From Candidatus Micrarchaeota archaeon CG1_02_51_15 (lineage in GTDB: Archaea; Micrarchaeota; Micrarchaeia; Norongarragalinales; UBA8480), in the NCBI GenBank assembly GCA_001871495.1, contig MNVG01000017.1, positions 1 through 43,265 of the forward strand: a DNA stretch of 43,265 bases. Direction: 5' to 3'. A model generated the notes under the pieces. The model worked only from the letters and a program-made list of their open reading frames with translations. It had not been told where the DNA came from and made no database searches. Positions 27,276 to 35,710 of the stretch are shown in pieces; within the stretch, counting starts at the first letter, position 1, and each line of letters starts with the position of its first letter. Made by a program: the position numbers and the translations under genes.

Positions 27276-28043
27276 TCACACTCCGGTGGGCGCGTCGACG
27301 AAAAAGCTTTCGACCTTGAACTTGCCTTGCAAGAGCGGAGCAATCTCTTTTACCCCCAGGGTTTCGGTAGCGTAATGCCCGGCTGCGATTACCGACAATC
27401 CGAGGTCCCGTGCCAGCCGCGCAGAGGCTTGGTTTAGTTCGCCGGTGACAAACAGGTCAAGTTCGAGTTCGGCGGCTTCTTCAACACACGAACCCCCGCC
27501 GCCTGAAACCACTCCGACGTGCTTGGCCGAATTTTTTCCATAAGCAAGCACTTTTACTCCAAAACCCACTGAAGACGAAAGACGTTTAGCAATTGATTCA
27601 ATGCTTTCTTCGCGCGACAAGCTTCCTTTGAAACCAATGTCAACCCCGTGGTACCCCGCCCACGGTTTTACTTGCCTTAAGCCAAGCATTTCCGCAAGGA
27701 CGGCGTTGTTGCCGAGTTCGGGGTGCAAGTCCAGTGGAAGGTGCGCGGCATAAACAGACAAGTCGTGTTCGAATAGCACGCCGAGCATTTTTTTCCAGTG
27801 GCCCTTGAAGACCGAAGGCGTCTTGTCGCTTCCTTTCCACAGCATTCCGTGGTGTACTAAAATCAGTTGCGCGCCGCGCTCGGCTGCTTCAGTGAAAGCT
27901 GGAATGCAGGCGTCGACTGCGCAAGCAACTTTGGTAACGCGCGGTTTTCCTTCAAACTGCAGGCCGTTGAGTGAAGCGTCGTCTATCTCCTTGACTTTCA
28001 GCTCGACGTCCAAAAACGAAACGATTTCACGCAATTCAGCCAT
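27276..28043 (-). CDS. Nif3-like dinuclear metal protein (YbgI/DUF34)
   Basis: NGLQFEG, AVDA, LVHHG, YAAHLPLD.HPELGNN, VVSGGG, FVTGE, AGHYATE..G. Confidence 0.95.
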   Translation of the reverse strand: MAELREIVSFLDVELKVKEIDDASLNGLQFEGKPRVTKVACAVDACIPAFTEAAERGAQLILVHHGMLWKGSDKTPSVFKGHWKKMLGVLFEHDLSVYAAHLPLDLHPELGNNAVLAEMLGLRQVKPWAGYHGVDIGFKGSLSREESIESIAKRLSSSVGFGVKVLAYGKNSAKHVGVVSGGGGSCVEEAAELELDLFVTGELNQASARLARDLGLSVIAAGHYATETLGVKEIAPLLQGKFKVESFFVDAPTGV

Positions 28044-28051
28044 TTGGTAAC

Positions 28052-28591
28052 TCACTCTTTCAATTGGTTGTAGCACGCTCGCGCGGCTTCGATGTTTTTC
28101 TTCGCTATTTCGGGCGAAAACTTCGATGCAAATGCCTTTTCGAGGTTTTCCAAAGTAATCAGTCCAGTTACTTTTGCGAACGCGCCGAGCATTGCAGTGT
28201 TGACCAACGGCTTTCCGATTGTTTTTGCGGCTATGTCGTAAGCGTCGACTACAAACAGTTTTCCTTTCACTTGCGGGGCCAGCTGTTCTTTGGTCTTGCT
28301 AGTCGCTATTATTACGGCTCCCGAAGCGACGAGTCCGTTACAGACGTTTACCGCACAGAATAGCGAGTCGTCCAACACAATGAGGTAGTTGGGTTCGTAG
28401 ATTTGCTCGTGCAGCCTGATTGGCTTGTCGTCGATGCGGCAATAGGCTTCAACCGGAGAGCCGCTACGCTCGACTCCGAATGACGGGAAGGCTTGCGAGT
28501 GTTTTCCGCCGTAGAACGCCGCTTGCGCAAGCAGTTCGGCAGTAGTGACTGCGCCTTGGCCGCCGCGTCCGTGAATTCTTACTTCAATCAA
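28052..28591 (-). CDS. porG: Pyruvate:ferredoxin oxidoreductase gamma subunit
   Basis: EVRIHGRGGQGAVT, QAFPSFGVERSGSPV.AY.RI, NTAMLGA; TTG start after a GGAGG-like RBS. Confidence 0.95.
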   Translation of the reverse strand: MIEVRIHGRGGQGAVTTAELLAQAAFYGGKHSQAFPSFGVERSGSPVEAYCRIDDKPIRLHEQIYEPNYLIVLDDSLFCAVNVCNGLVASGAVIIATSKTKEQLAPQVKGKLFVVDAYDIAAKTIGKPLVNTAMLGAFAKVTGLITLENLEKAFASKFSPEIAKKNIEAARACYNQLKE

Positions 28592-28621
28592 TGCAATCTC
28601 CCCCCTCCTTCAAAAAATTGT

Positions 28622-30121
28622 TTAGATAGTGTCGAGTATTATTTTCTCGACTTCAACTACGTTTAAAAGCTTGGCTTGCTTTAACGCAAAGCCAAGCCGT
28701 TCCTTGTTGGACGAAAAAATTTCGTACAACTCGGCGCCTTCGGTAATTTGTTGGCCTATGCATACTTTTAATTCCATTCCCGCTCCCTTGTCCGCCGGAG
28801 CGCCTGCAGCGCGGCAGATTCGGGAAATGGCTTTGTTATCTATGTGGTCCACGCGGCCTTCCGAAACTGCTTTAACCGGTACTGAAAATTCGCCTGGCTT
28901 GAGGTCCGAAGATTTTATGTTTGGGTTTCCTCCCTGTGCTTTTATTATTTCCCGAAATTTTTCAAGCGCTTTTCCGGACGAAAGCTGGTGGCGCGCAATG
29001 CGGTATCCTTCTTCCTTGCTGATTCCCCTAACCATGTGCAGGATTATTCCACACATCAAACACGCCTTTTCAGCAAGCAACCCGCTGCTCGAACATTCAA
29101 GCGTGCGCAGGACCTGCCTTGCTTCCAAAACGGGGCCTATGAAGCTCATTGCAGGCTCGGTGCCGTCGCTGACAATGCATTCCACTTGCATTCCCAAGTG
29201 CGCGCCCATTGTCTGGAACTTGTGGGCAAGCACGCGCGCAGGCTCTACTGAATCCACTTTGGCGCCGCGGCCGCAGGGAATGTCGAGCAGAACGAATTGC
29301 GCACCCTCTGCTTTTTTCTTGGCGAGAATGCTTGACAACAGCAGTTCTTCAGGGTCCAAACGCAGGGGGTGCCTTATCTTGATTAGCTTATCGTCGGCAA
29401 CTGCCATATTTACCGCGCCACCCCACACCAGGCAGCCGTTGGTTTTGGCAACCACTTTCCTTATTTCATCCATTGAAAGAGAAACCGGACAAAGCACTTC
29501 CAGCGTGTCTGCCGTGCCTGACGCGCTGCTTATTGCCCGCGTGCAAGTCTTGGGCATTTTTATACCAAGCGAAGAGATTATCGCAACCAACAACATGCTT
29601 ACGCGGTCGCCTGCAACCCCGCCTATCGAATGCTCGCTTACAACCGCGCCGTTCTTGAACTCCAAATGGTCGCCGGTCTCGTAGATCGCGTTGGTAAGCG
29701 AAACCACTTCCTCGGAATTCAGCCCCCGCGTGTAAACGGCTGCAATGAATGCCGTCAACTCTGCAGCCGAAAGCTCTTCGTTCATCAAATCAGTTATTAT
29801 CGCTTTTACTTCTGCATCCGAAAGTATTCCGGCGTCGAGCTTCTTGCGAATAAAATCAAGGCTGGCCGGACGCTTGACCGACTCTGCACCCACCGAATCG
29901 CCGTTCTTAGCCCCAAGCTTCTCGGCAGTGTCCTTGAAAAAAAGTATTTCCCCGACTTTGGCATCGCGAGCCAAGTCAACCAACGCAACAGTCTCGCGGT
30001 TGCCTGACTTGAGCTTAACCCTGTCTCCCAAGCCCACGTCCAGCTTCTTGGCATCGTCGTTGTCGATTACAACTACGTTCAAGCCCGCTTCAACGTCGAT
30101 TATTTTTACTTTGAAATCCAT
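28622..30121 (-). CDS. AMP phosphorylase (thymidine phosphorylase family, archaeal)
   Basis: N-terminal beta-barrel extension, HSIGGV.G, PKT..RAI.S..GTAD..EVL, GCLVWGGA...A.ADD.LI, GAP.DKGAG; adjacent to R15P isomerase. Start taken at ATG 30121. Confidence 0.92.
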   Translation of the reverse strand: MDFKVKIIDVEAGLNVVVIDNDDAKKLDVGLGDRVKLKSGNRETVALVDLARDAKVGEILFFKDTAEKLGAKNGDSVGAESVKRPASLDFIRKKLDAGILSDAEVKAIITDLMNEELSAAELTAFIAAVYTRGLNSEEVVSLTNAIYETGDHLEFKNGAVVSEHSIGGVAGDRVSMLLVAIISSLGIKMPKTCTRAISSASGTADTLEVLCPVSLSMDEIRKVVAKTNGCLVWGGAVNMAVADDKLIKIRHPLRLDPEELLLSSILAKKKAEGAQFVLLDIPCGRGAKVDSVEPARVLAHKFQTMGAHLGMQVECIVSDGTEPAMSFIGPVLEARQVLRTLECSSSGLLAEKACLMCGIILHMVRGISKEEGYRIARHQLSSGKALEKFREIIKAQGGNPNIKSSDLKPGEFSVPVKAVSEGRVDHIDNKAISRICRAAGAPADKGAGMELKVCIGQQITEGAELYEIFSSNKERLGFALKQAKLLNVVEVEKIILDTI

Positions 30122-30145
30122 GTTGCAACAACCTTTTTCCAAACT

Positions 30146-31114
30146 TCAAATCAACTGCTTTTCACCAAGACCCAACTCGCGCCACACTGCCAGCACAATG
30201 CTCTGCGGAGGCAACACCCCGAATTCAGTAACGAACGCGTTGACGTACTTCGCGTCGGTCAAATCAAATGCAGGATTGAAAACGCTTAGCTTGCGAGGAA
30301 ACTTCTTGAGCCCCAAATCCCGCGGCAAAGCAACCTCGCAAGACTCCCTTTCTTCAATGGGTTCGTCAGCGCCCCACACTGTAAACGGGTCGAACTTGTG
30401 CACTCCGGTACAGGAGTAAAAACGTTTTTCGTGCTCGAAGGCAGTTAACGCAAGCGCCGAAGTGCCTACCTTGTTAACCAAATCGCCCTCTGAAGTTATG
30501 GCATCGGCGCCAACTAGTACGACGTCCGAATCGCGCATGAAACGCGTCATCACAATGCGCGAAGCAGAGTCGACTATCAAAGTAGTCGAAATCCCGTATT
30601 CCGAAAGTTCCCGCGCGCTCTTACGACCCTGGTATAACGGCCGCGTTTCGCACGCAAACACCTTGAATTCCTTATCAGCCTCAAAAGCTTTTTTCAAAAC
30701 AGACATTACCGAACCGCTGTGGCAATGCACCAAGACAGTACCGCCGTCTGGAACCAAGCGCGCCCCGTATTCGGCAACCTTGCTTCGCACGTTCGACAAG
30801 TTCTTTTGGTAAAGCCCCACGTGCTTGGACAACGCCTCCTTAAAGTCAGCAATATTATCCCCACTGCAGAGGTGAACCGAGGCAAAAACAAGCCTCAAGG
30901 CATTCCTCAACTCGGGCTCGGTCGGCCGCACTGTCTTCAAGTACAAAGCAGCTGCCCGCAAGTCGGCAAAAAAGTCTTCTCGATTCCGCGCCTTGGACGC
31001 AAGACCCTCTATTTCCAAGGCTTTCAACGCAGCTGCGGCAACCTGGTCCGCACCTTGAACCCGCAACGCTTTTATATCCGAGTAAATTTTCCGCGTCCTC
31101 GCCTGAATAGCCAT
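30146..31114 (-). CDS. Ribose-1,5-bisphosphate isomerase (eIF-2B-like family)
   Basis: RPTEP, VHCHS (catalytic Cys position), ETRP..QG, GADAI (catalytic Asp position), NKVGT, NPAFD.T. Confidence 0.9.
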   Translation of the reverse strand: MAIQARTRKIYSDIKALRVQGADQVAAAALKALEIEGLASKARNREDFFADLRAAALYLKTVRPTEPELRNALRLVFASVHLCSGDNIADFKEALSKHVGLYQKNLSNVRSKVAEYGARLVPDGGTVLVHCHSGSVMSVLKKAFEADKEFKVFACETRPLYQGRKSARELSEYGISTTLIVDSASRIVMTRFMRDSDVVLVGADAITSEGDLVNKVGTSALALTAFEHEKRFYSCTGVHKFDPFTVWGADEPIEERESCEVALPRDLGLKKFPRKLSVFNPAFDLTDAKYVNAFVTEFGVLPPQSIVLAVWRELGLGEKQLI

Positions 31115-31272
31115 GTTTTGATGAAAACAAAACGAGTTAAATAAACTTTACAACCTCGCCGCAACTGCCTTCAGGCGCGTCAAACAGTGGTTAAACTGAA
31201 AAAAAAGAGTTTTAATAGGTTCCCGCAGTTATAGCCAATAAGGCAAAAGACGCAAGGGAGGAATGGTACTAA

Positions 31273-32424
31273 ATGGCTGCAATTGACTTGATGGAGAAAA
31301 CAACAGTGGTAGACGCAGGAACCGATTTGGCAAAAGCGATTTCCGCTGCTTCAAAAGAACCCAACATTCTACACTTCGGAGTAACTAACAACGGAGTATA
31401 CGCAGGACTGGTTGACGACCGCGTTCTCCGCGACTTCACCGGTCCTTCAAGCACAAAAGTAGGAAAGCTCACCGCACACCCGAAAACCGTTTCCCCCCGC
31501 ACTTCCGACGAAGACGTGATGGCTGCTTTCCTCAACGGCGACGACAAAGTACTGCCTGTGATAGACGACGGAAAAATACTAGGCGTAGTCACCAGGTGGG
31601 GCGCATTAAGCTCAATGGTTGCCTCAAACGCAGTTAAAGGAAAGAAAATATCGGAATACATGACGCGCAAGCTAGTAAGCATAACCGAAGAAACTACTAT
31701 TTCGCAAGCGCGTAAAACGTTCAAGGAAAACAACTTGTTCCGCGTGCCGGTTTTGGACAAGCAAAGCAGGATGACTGGAGTCATTTCAACCTACGACTTG
31801 GCAGTGAAAGTAAGCCCGCACACTGCAGGTGCCGCGCGCCAAAGCACTTTCGAACCCACCCTCCTTGAAAGAATAGGCAAGGAACCCATAACCAGCATAA
31901 TGAGCACCAACGTGGCTTCCGTAACCCAAAACGATTCGCTTTCAAACGCGTTGAAGCAAATGATTGAACGCCGCGTAATGGGACTGGTGATAACCGAAGA
32001 AGGAAAGCCAATAGGGATGCTTGCGGCAAAAGACGTGATGCGTGCGTGCCTAATGGAAAAACCCGCGCCAATCCAAATAGTAGGATTGAAAGAAGACGAA
32101 ACAATGCTCAAGCAATCGCTTTTCGACGAATGCAACACCTTCCTTGCCAAGTGGAACAAAACAATTGACTTGGCCCCGGAGGACTCGCTTACGCTTCACG
32201 TGAAGTCGAAAGTGGAAGGCAAGAAAAAACGCTTTGAAGTCAAAAGCAGGCTGACCATCGAAGGAAACGTGTTTTCTTCACGCACTCCGCCCAACGTAGA
32301 CGAACACAAGCAAAACTGGGACCTGCACTTGGCAGTGCGCGAGTCGCTCCAGGAACTCGCGAAAATAATCAAGAAATACGCCGAGTTGAAGAAAAAACGC
32401 GCGATGTCCCGTGAAGAAGAATAG
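31273..32424 (+). CDS. 4xCBS protein with C-terminal HPF/RaiA-like domain; putative archaeal ribosome hibernation factor (Hib-like)
   Basis: Four CBS motifs in aa ~1-260, then a beta-alpha-beta-beta-beta-alpha pattern: IQIVGL / helix / LTLHVK / RFEVKSRLTI / VFSS / WDLHLAVRESLQELAKII. Confidence 0.8.
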   Translation: MAAIDLMEKTTVVDAGTDLAKAISAASKEPNILHFGVTNNGVYAGLVDDRVLRDFTGPSSTKVGKLTAHPKTVSPRTSDEDVMAAFLNGDDKVLPVIDDGKILGVVTRWGALSSMVASNAVKGKKISEYMTRKLVSITEETTISQARKTFKENNLFRVPVLDKQSRMTGVISTYDLAVKVSPHTAGAARQSTFEPTLLERIGKEPITSIMSTNVASVTQNDSLSNALKQMIERRVMGLVITEEGKPIGMLAAKDVMRACLMEKPAPIQIVGLKEDETMLKQSLFDECNTFLAKWNKTIDLAPEDSLTLHVKSKVEGKKKRFEVKSRLTIEGNVFSSRTPPNVDEHKQNWDLHLAVRESLQELAKIIKKYAELKKKRAMSREEE

Positions 32425-32597
32425 AGGCAAACCGCAGCCGCACATGCAATCGCAATAGCAGCGCGCTAAACAACCGCTGGGCAAAACGGTTATTAATGTT
32501 GTTGAGCGTTAGTTTAGTCGATTGTTTTGACCTTGCTTAGCGGAGGAAACGACTGGTTTCATCCCCTTTCGCAGTGCACGGCAAATGGTTTTGTAAG

Positions 32598-33701
32598 ATG
32601 ATTGACTCTGACTTTGAAAAGATGTTTGGAAGCAGCAAGAACGCAATAGTCCAAGCTCCGGGCCAGGCCTTGAGTGTCGAGGACCAACAGTTAATGGAGT
32701 TCCTTAAAGAAAGCGCGCCCCGAATCCTAGTTATAGGAACCGGCGGAAGCGGCAGCAACACCATAAACCGCCTGCAAGAAATAGGCATTGCAGGAACGAC
32801 TCTGGTTGCAACCAATACCGACGCCCAACACCTTTTGCGCATAAAGTCGCACAAGAAACTGCTTATGGGCAAGAAGAAAACCAAAGGACTCGGAGCAGGA
32901 AGCAACCCCGAAGTCGGCGAAGCGGCAGCCCAGGAATCCGAGCAGGAAATAAGGCAGTTGCTTGAAGGAGTAGACCTTGTATTCATAACCGCCGGAATGG
33001 GCGGCGGAACCGGCACAGGCAGTGCGCACGTAATCGCAAAAGCCGCCAAAGAAGCCGGCGCGATAGTAATTGCAATAGTCACGACTCCGTTTACCTCAGA
33101 AGGCAAGCGCAGGATGATAAACGCTAACTCGGGTTTGGACAAGCTCCGCAAACAAGCGGACACTACAATAGCGATTTCTAACGACAAGCTACTTTACTTC
33201 GTTCCCGACCTGCCGTTGAATGCGGCGTTCAAGGTCGCAGACACGGTTTTGGCAAACGCAGTCAAAGGAATCGCGGAACTCATTACGAAACCAGGTTTAG
33301 TCAACCTGGATTTTGCAGACATTAGAACGATCTTAGAACGTGGAGGAATGGCCGTAATCGGCTTGGGAGAGGTCGCAGGAGCAGAAGGAAAAGACCGCGT
33401 TGCTCAAGCTGCCGAAAAGGCGTTGGCGTCACCGTTATTGGACGTCGACTACGGAGCAGCCGACCGCGCGCTCATAAACGTAACCGGCGCCGACGACTTG
33501 ACTCTGGGCGAAGCCGAGTCAGCAGTTTCGGCAATAGCCGCTAAAATACACAAAGACGCGCACATAATCTGGGGCGCCACAGTCGACAATTCGATGGACA
33601 AGCGGGCAGTGCGTGTGATGTGCGTACTAGCCGGAATAAAAGAAGCACCTGCACCCGAACAGCAGAAACAAGCTGCGCTTGAAGACGTTGAATTCATTTA
33701 A
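32598..33701 (+). CDS. ftsZ: Cell division protein FtsZ (FtsZ1-type context)
   Basis: GGSGSN, NTDAQHL, GMGGGTGTG tubulin signature, NLDFAD; upstream of secE. Start taken at ATG 32598. Confidence 0.98.
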   Translation: MIDSDFEKMFGSSKNAIVQAPGQALSVEDQQLMEFLKESAPRILVIGTGGSGSNTINRLQEIGIAGTTLVATNTDAQHLLRIKSHKKLLMGKKKTKGLGAGSNPEVGEAAAQESEQEIRQLLEGVDLVFITAGMGGGTGTGSAHVIAKAAKEAGAIVIAIVTTPFTSEGKRRMINANSGLDKLRKQADTTIAISNDKLLYFVPDLPLNAAFKVADTVLANAVKGIAELITKPGLVNLDFADIRTILERGGMAVIGLGEVAGAEGKDRVAQAAEKALASPLLDVDYGAADRALINVTGADDLTLGEAESAVSAIAAKIHKDAHIIWGATVDNSMDKRAVRVMCVLAGIKEAPAPEQQKQAALEDVEFI

Positions 33702-33733
33702 AATGCGAAAAGCAAAGGGGATGAAACGCAAAA

Positions 33734-33934
33734 ATGGATGTTGAAGAAAAAAAGGGACTCAAGCAAATGATCTCGGATTTCGTCAAGCAAAGCGAACGCG
33801 TGTTGAACGTGACACACAAGCCGAATCCCCGGGAATTCCGCCACATTGCGTTCAGCACTGCGTTGGGCATGATAGTTATAGGCATGATAGGTTTCGTCAT
33901 TTCAATGGCGGCATACTATATAAGAGGAAGCTGA
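33734..33934 (+). CDS. secE: Protein translocase SecE / Sec61 gamma
   Basis: RVL.VTHKP...EF followed by a TM with IGMIGFVI. Confidence 0.95.
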   Translation: MDVEEKKGLKQMISDFVKQSERVLNVTHKPNPREFRHIAFSTALGMIVIGMIGFVISMAAYYIRGS

Positions 33935-33959
33935 AAAAGCAAGAGGACCGTGAAGAAAA

Positions 33960-34388
33960 ATGTTATATACTTACAGAGTTACTGCAGGGCAGGAAAGCAT
34001 TGTTGCCGACTTGCTTTACAAAAAAATAGTGAAATCAGGCGCGCCAATCAAGGCAATAGTTGTTTCCCCGCGCCTACGGGGCTACCTAATGGCAGAAAGC
34101 GATGACGACATTGCCGCAAAGCAAATTATTGCAAACGTACCCCACGTGAAAGGAACGCTGCACCGCACTATGCCAGTAAGCGAAATAAAGGAACTGCTTG
34201 AAAGCAAGCCCCATGAAATAATACTAAACAAAGGAGACATGGTGGAAGTAACCAGCGGACCGTTCAAAGGCGAGCGCGCCAAAGTGGTAAGAATCGAGAA
34301 AGAAGACGTCACAATAGAACTCGTGGAAGTCGCAGTCCCGATTCCCGTGACCATCAAGGCAAGCGCCGTGAAGATAATTCCGCAGTAA
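33960..34388 (+). CDS. spt5: Transcription elongation factor Spt5 (NusG)
   Basis: VTAGQE, LRGYL..E, KOW motif GDMVEVTSGPFKGERAKV, VPIPVTI. Confidence 0.96.
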   Translation: MLYTYRVTAGQESIVADLLYKKIVKSGAPIKAIVVSPRLRGYLMAESDDDIAAKQIIANVPHVKGTLHRTMPVSEIKELLESKPHEIILNKGDMVEVTSGPFKGERAKVVRIEKEDVTIELVEVAVPIPVTIKASAVKIIPQ

Positions 34389-34416
34389 AATTTTTAGAGG
34401 AGAGTGAAAAAAACCA

Positions 34417-34911
34417 ATGGCGAAAATAACCGTTTCAGCGCTAATAGAAGGAGGAAAGGCATCCCCGGCTCCGCCGCTAGGGCCCGCAATAGCACCAACC
34501 GGCGCAAACATAGGCCAAATAATAGTAGCCTTAAACGAGAAAACCAAGGCATTTGCAGGAATGTCCGTGCCAGTAAAAGTAATTATCGAAAAAAGCAACA
34601 AAAGCTTTGAAATCGAAGTCGGCACGCCGCCTGCAAGCGCGTTGATAAAATCCGAAGCAGGCATCAAAACGCCGGTCAAAGAAGAAACAGGAGTGAAAGG
34701 AAAGAAGACAATAGGCAACATCTCAATGGAGCAAGTAGTCAAAATAGCTAAAATGAAGGAAACCGCTTCACTGGCCCGCACGCTCAAATCCCGCGCAAAA
34801 GAAGTTATGGGCACCTGCCTCAGCCTCGGAGTAACCGTTGAAGGCAAGAACCCAAAGCAAGCGCAGAAAGACGTTGACGCGAAAAAATACGACGCACTCC
34901 TAAAGGAATAA
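34417..34911 (+). CDS. rpl11: 50S ribosomal protein L11 (uL11)
   Basis: GGKASPAPPLGPA, GMSVPVKV, VGTPPASALIK, GTCLSLGVTVEG. Confidence 0.97.
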   Translation: MAKITVSALIEGGKASPAPPLGPAIAPTGANIGQIIVALNEKTKAFAGMSVPVKVIIEKSNKSFEIEVGTPPASALIKSEAGIKTPVKEETGVKGKKTIGNISMEQVVKIAKMKETASLARTLKSRAKEVMGTCLSLGVTVEGKNPKQAQKDVDAKKYDALLKE

Positions 34912-34948
34912 ACGCAACAACAGACGTTGCGTTCCCCCCCTCTTTTTT
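34911..34948 (+). terminator. Hairpin plus C-tract/T-tract after rpl11
   Basis: aacgcaac-aacagac-gttgcgtt, then CCCCCCCTCTTTTTT. Confidence 0.65.
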
Positions 34949-34973
34949 AACTGCCCCAGCCCTAGCTCACGGT

Positions 34974-35662
34974 ATGCCCGAAGAAAAGCCGCTTCCGAAA
35001 AAAATCATCGCTGAAATAGGATACGGCCCGGTCCCGTGGACTTCCAAGCCGCTTGAACTAAAAGAAAAACTGACTACCGAACAGCAGAAAAGACTGGAAG
35101 CCTATAAGAACCGGAAACCGCCACACCCGACCGACGCAAAACCGCCGCGCAACAGGATTTACATAGGAATAGAACACCCGCGCGCGAACCGCCTGCCATT
35201 TAGTTTTGCTGGAAACCCTTTATTTGCAGCACTACTCAATAACAACCCGCACGAGTTATTCATCTCGCAAGAAACCGAAAAAATATTTTAAAAAGGAGGG
35301 CACGCAGTACACGCGGACGGACTGCACCTGCCGCTAGGTAACGGCACAGTTGACGAAATACGAGTAACAACGTGCTCAACGCGCCCACCATTGACCCCGC
35401 GTTTGCGGACAACCGCGCACACAACGCCTTGCTTGCGGAAATCCGCCGCGTGCTTAAGCCGGACGGCAGGCTCAACATAATGCACAATAAAGGGCTTGGC
35501 GAAGCCAGCCCACTAGAATCCGCATTAATTCAAGCCCACTTCCAACCCGACAAACAGGCAAGCGAAAAGCTGAAACGAAAATACGCCAAACGTAATTCCC
35601 GCATAGCAGCTCCGAACCCCACGCCTGGTCTTTCCGCAAGGTTTCCTGACGCCGCGTTTTGA
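34974..35662 (+). pseudogene. Degenerate class I methyltransferase-like gene (in-frame TAA plus 1-nt frameshift)
   Basis: IAEIGYG motif I and YIGIE; in-frame TAA at 35289-35291 followed by KGGHAVHADGLHLPLGNGTVDEIRV; a shift at ~35366 joins NVLNAP...LLAEIRRVLKPDGRLNI. Confidence 0.75.
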
Positions 35663-35710
35663 ATACTTTTAAAAACGCGGACGCGCTTACTCGATTAAAG
35701 GTGGAAACAT

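Noticed and set aside
28629-30419. Long plus-strand ORFs (351 aa, 224 aa) and many similar antisense ORFs in the track
   Set aside because: Shadow frames of well-supported opposite-strand genes; no family motifs.
30146-31114. Translation factor eIF-2B subunit or methylthioribose-1-phosphate isomerase
   Set aside because: HCHS and GADAI motifs plus adjacency to AMP phosphorylase favour R15P isomerase.
13602-32555. Shared 12-mer GGAAACGACTGG in two intergenic regions (~13603 and ~32544)
   Set aside because: Many 12-mer matches are expected by chance in 43 kb and the flanks do not align.
5868-35291. TAA reassignment suggested by two in-frame TAA codons with homologous continuation (5868, 35289)
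   Set aside because: TAA correctly ends core genes here (ftsZ, rpl11, rpl12, pheS), and the 35289 gene also has a frameshift.
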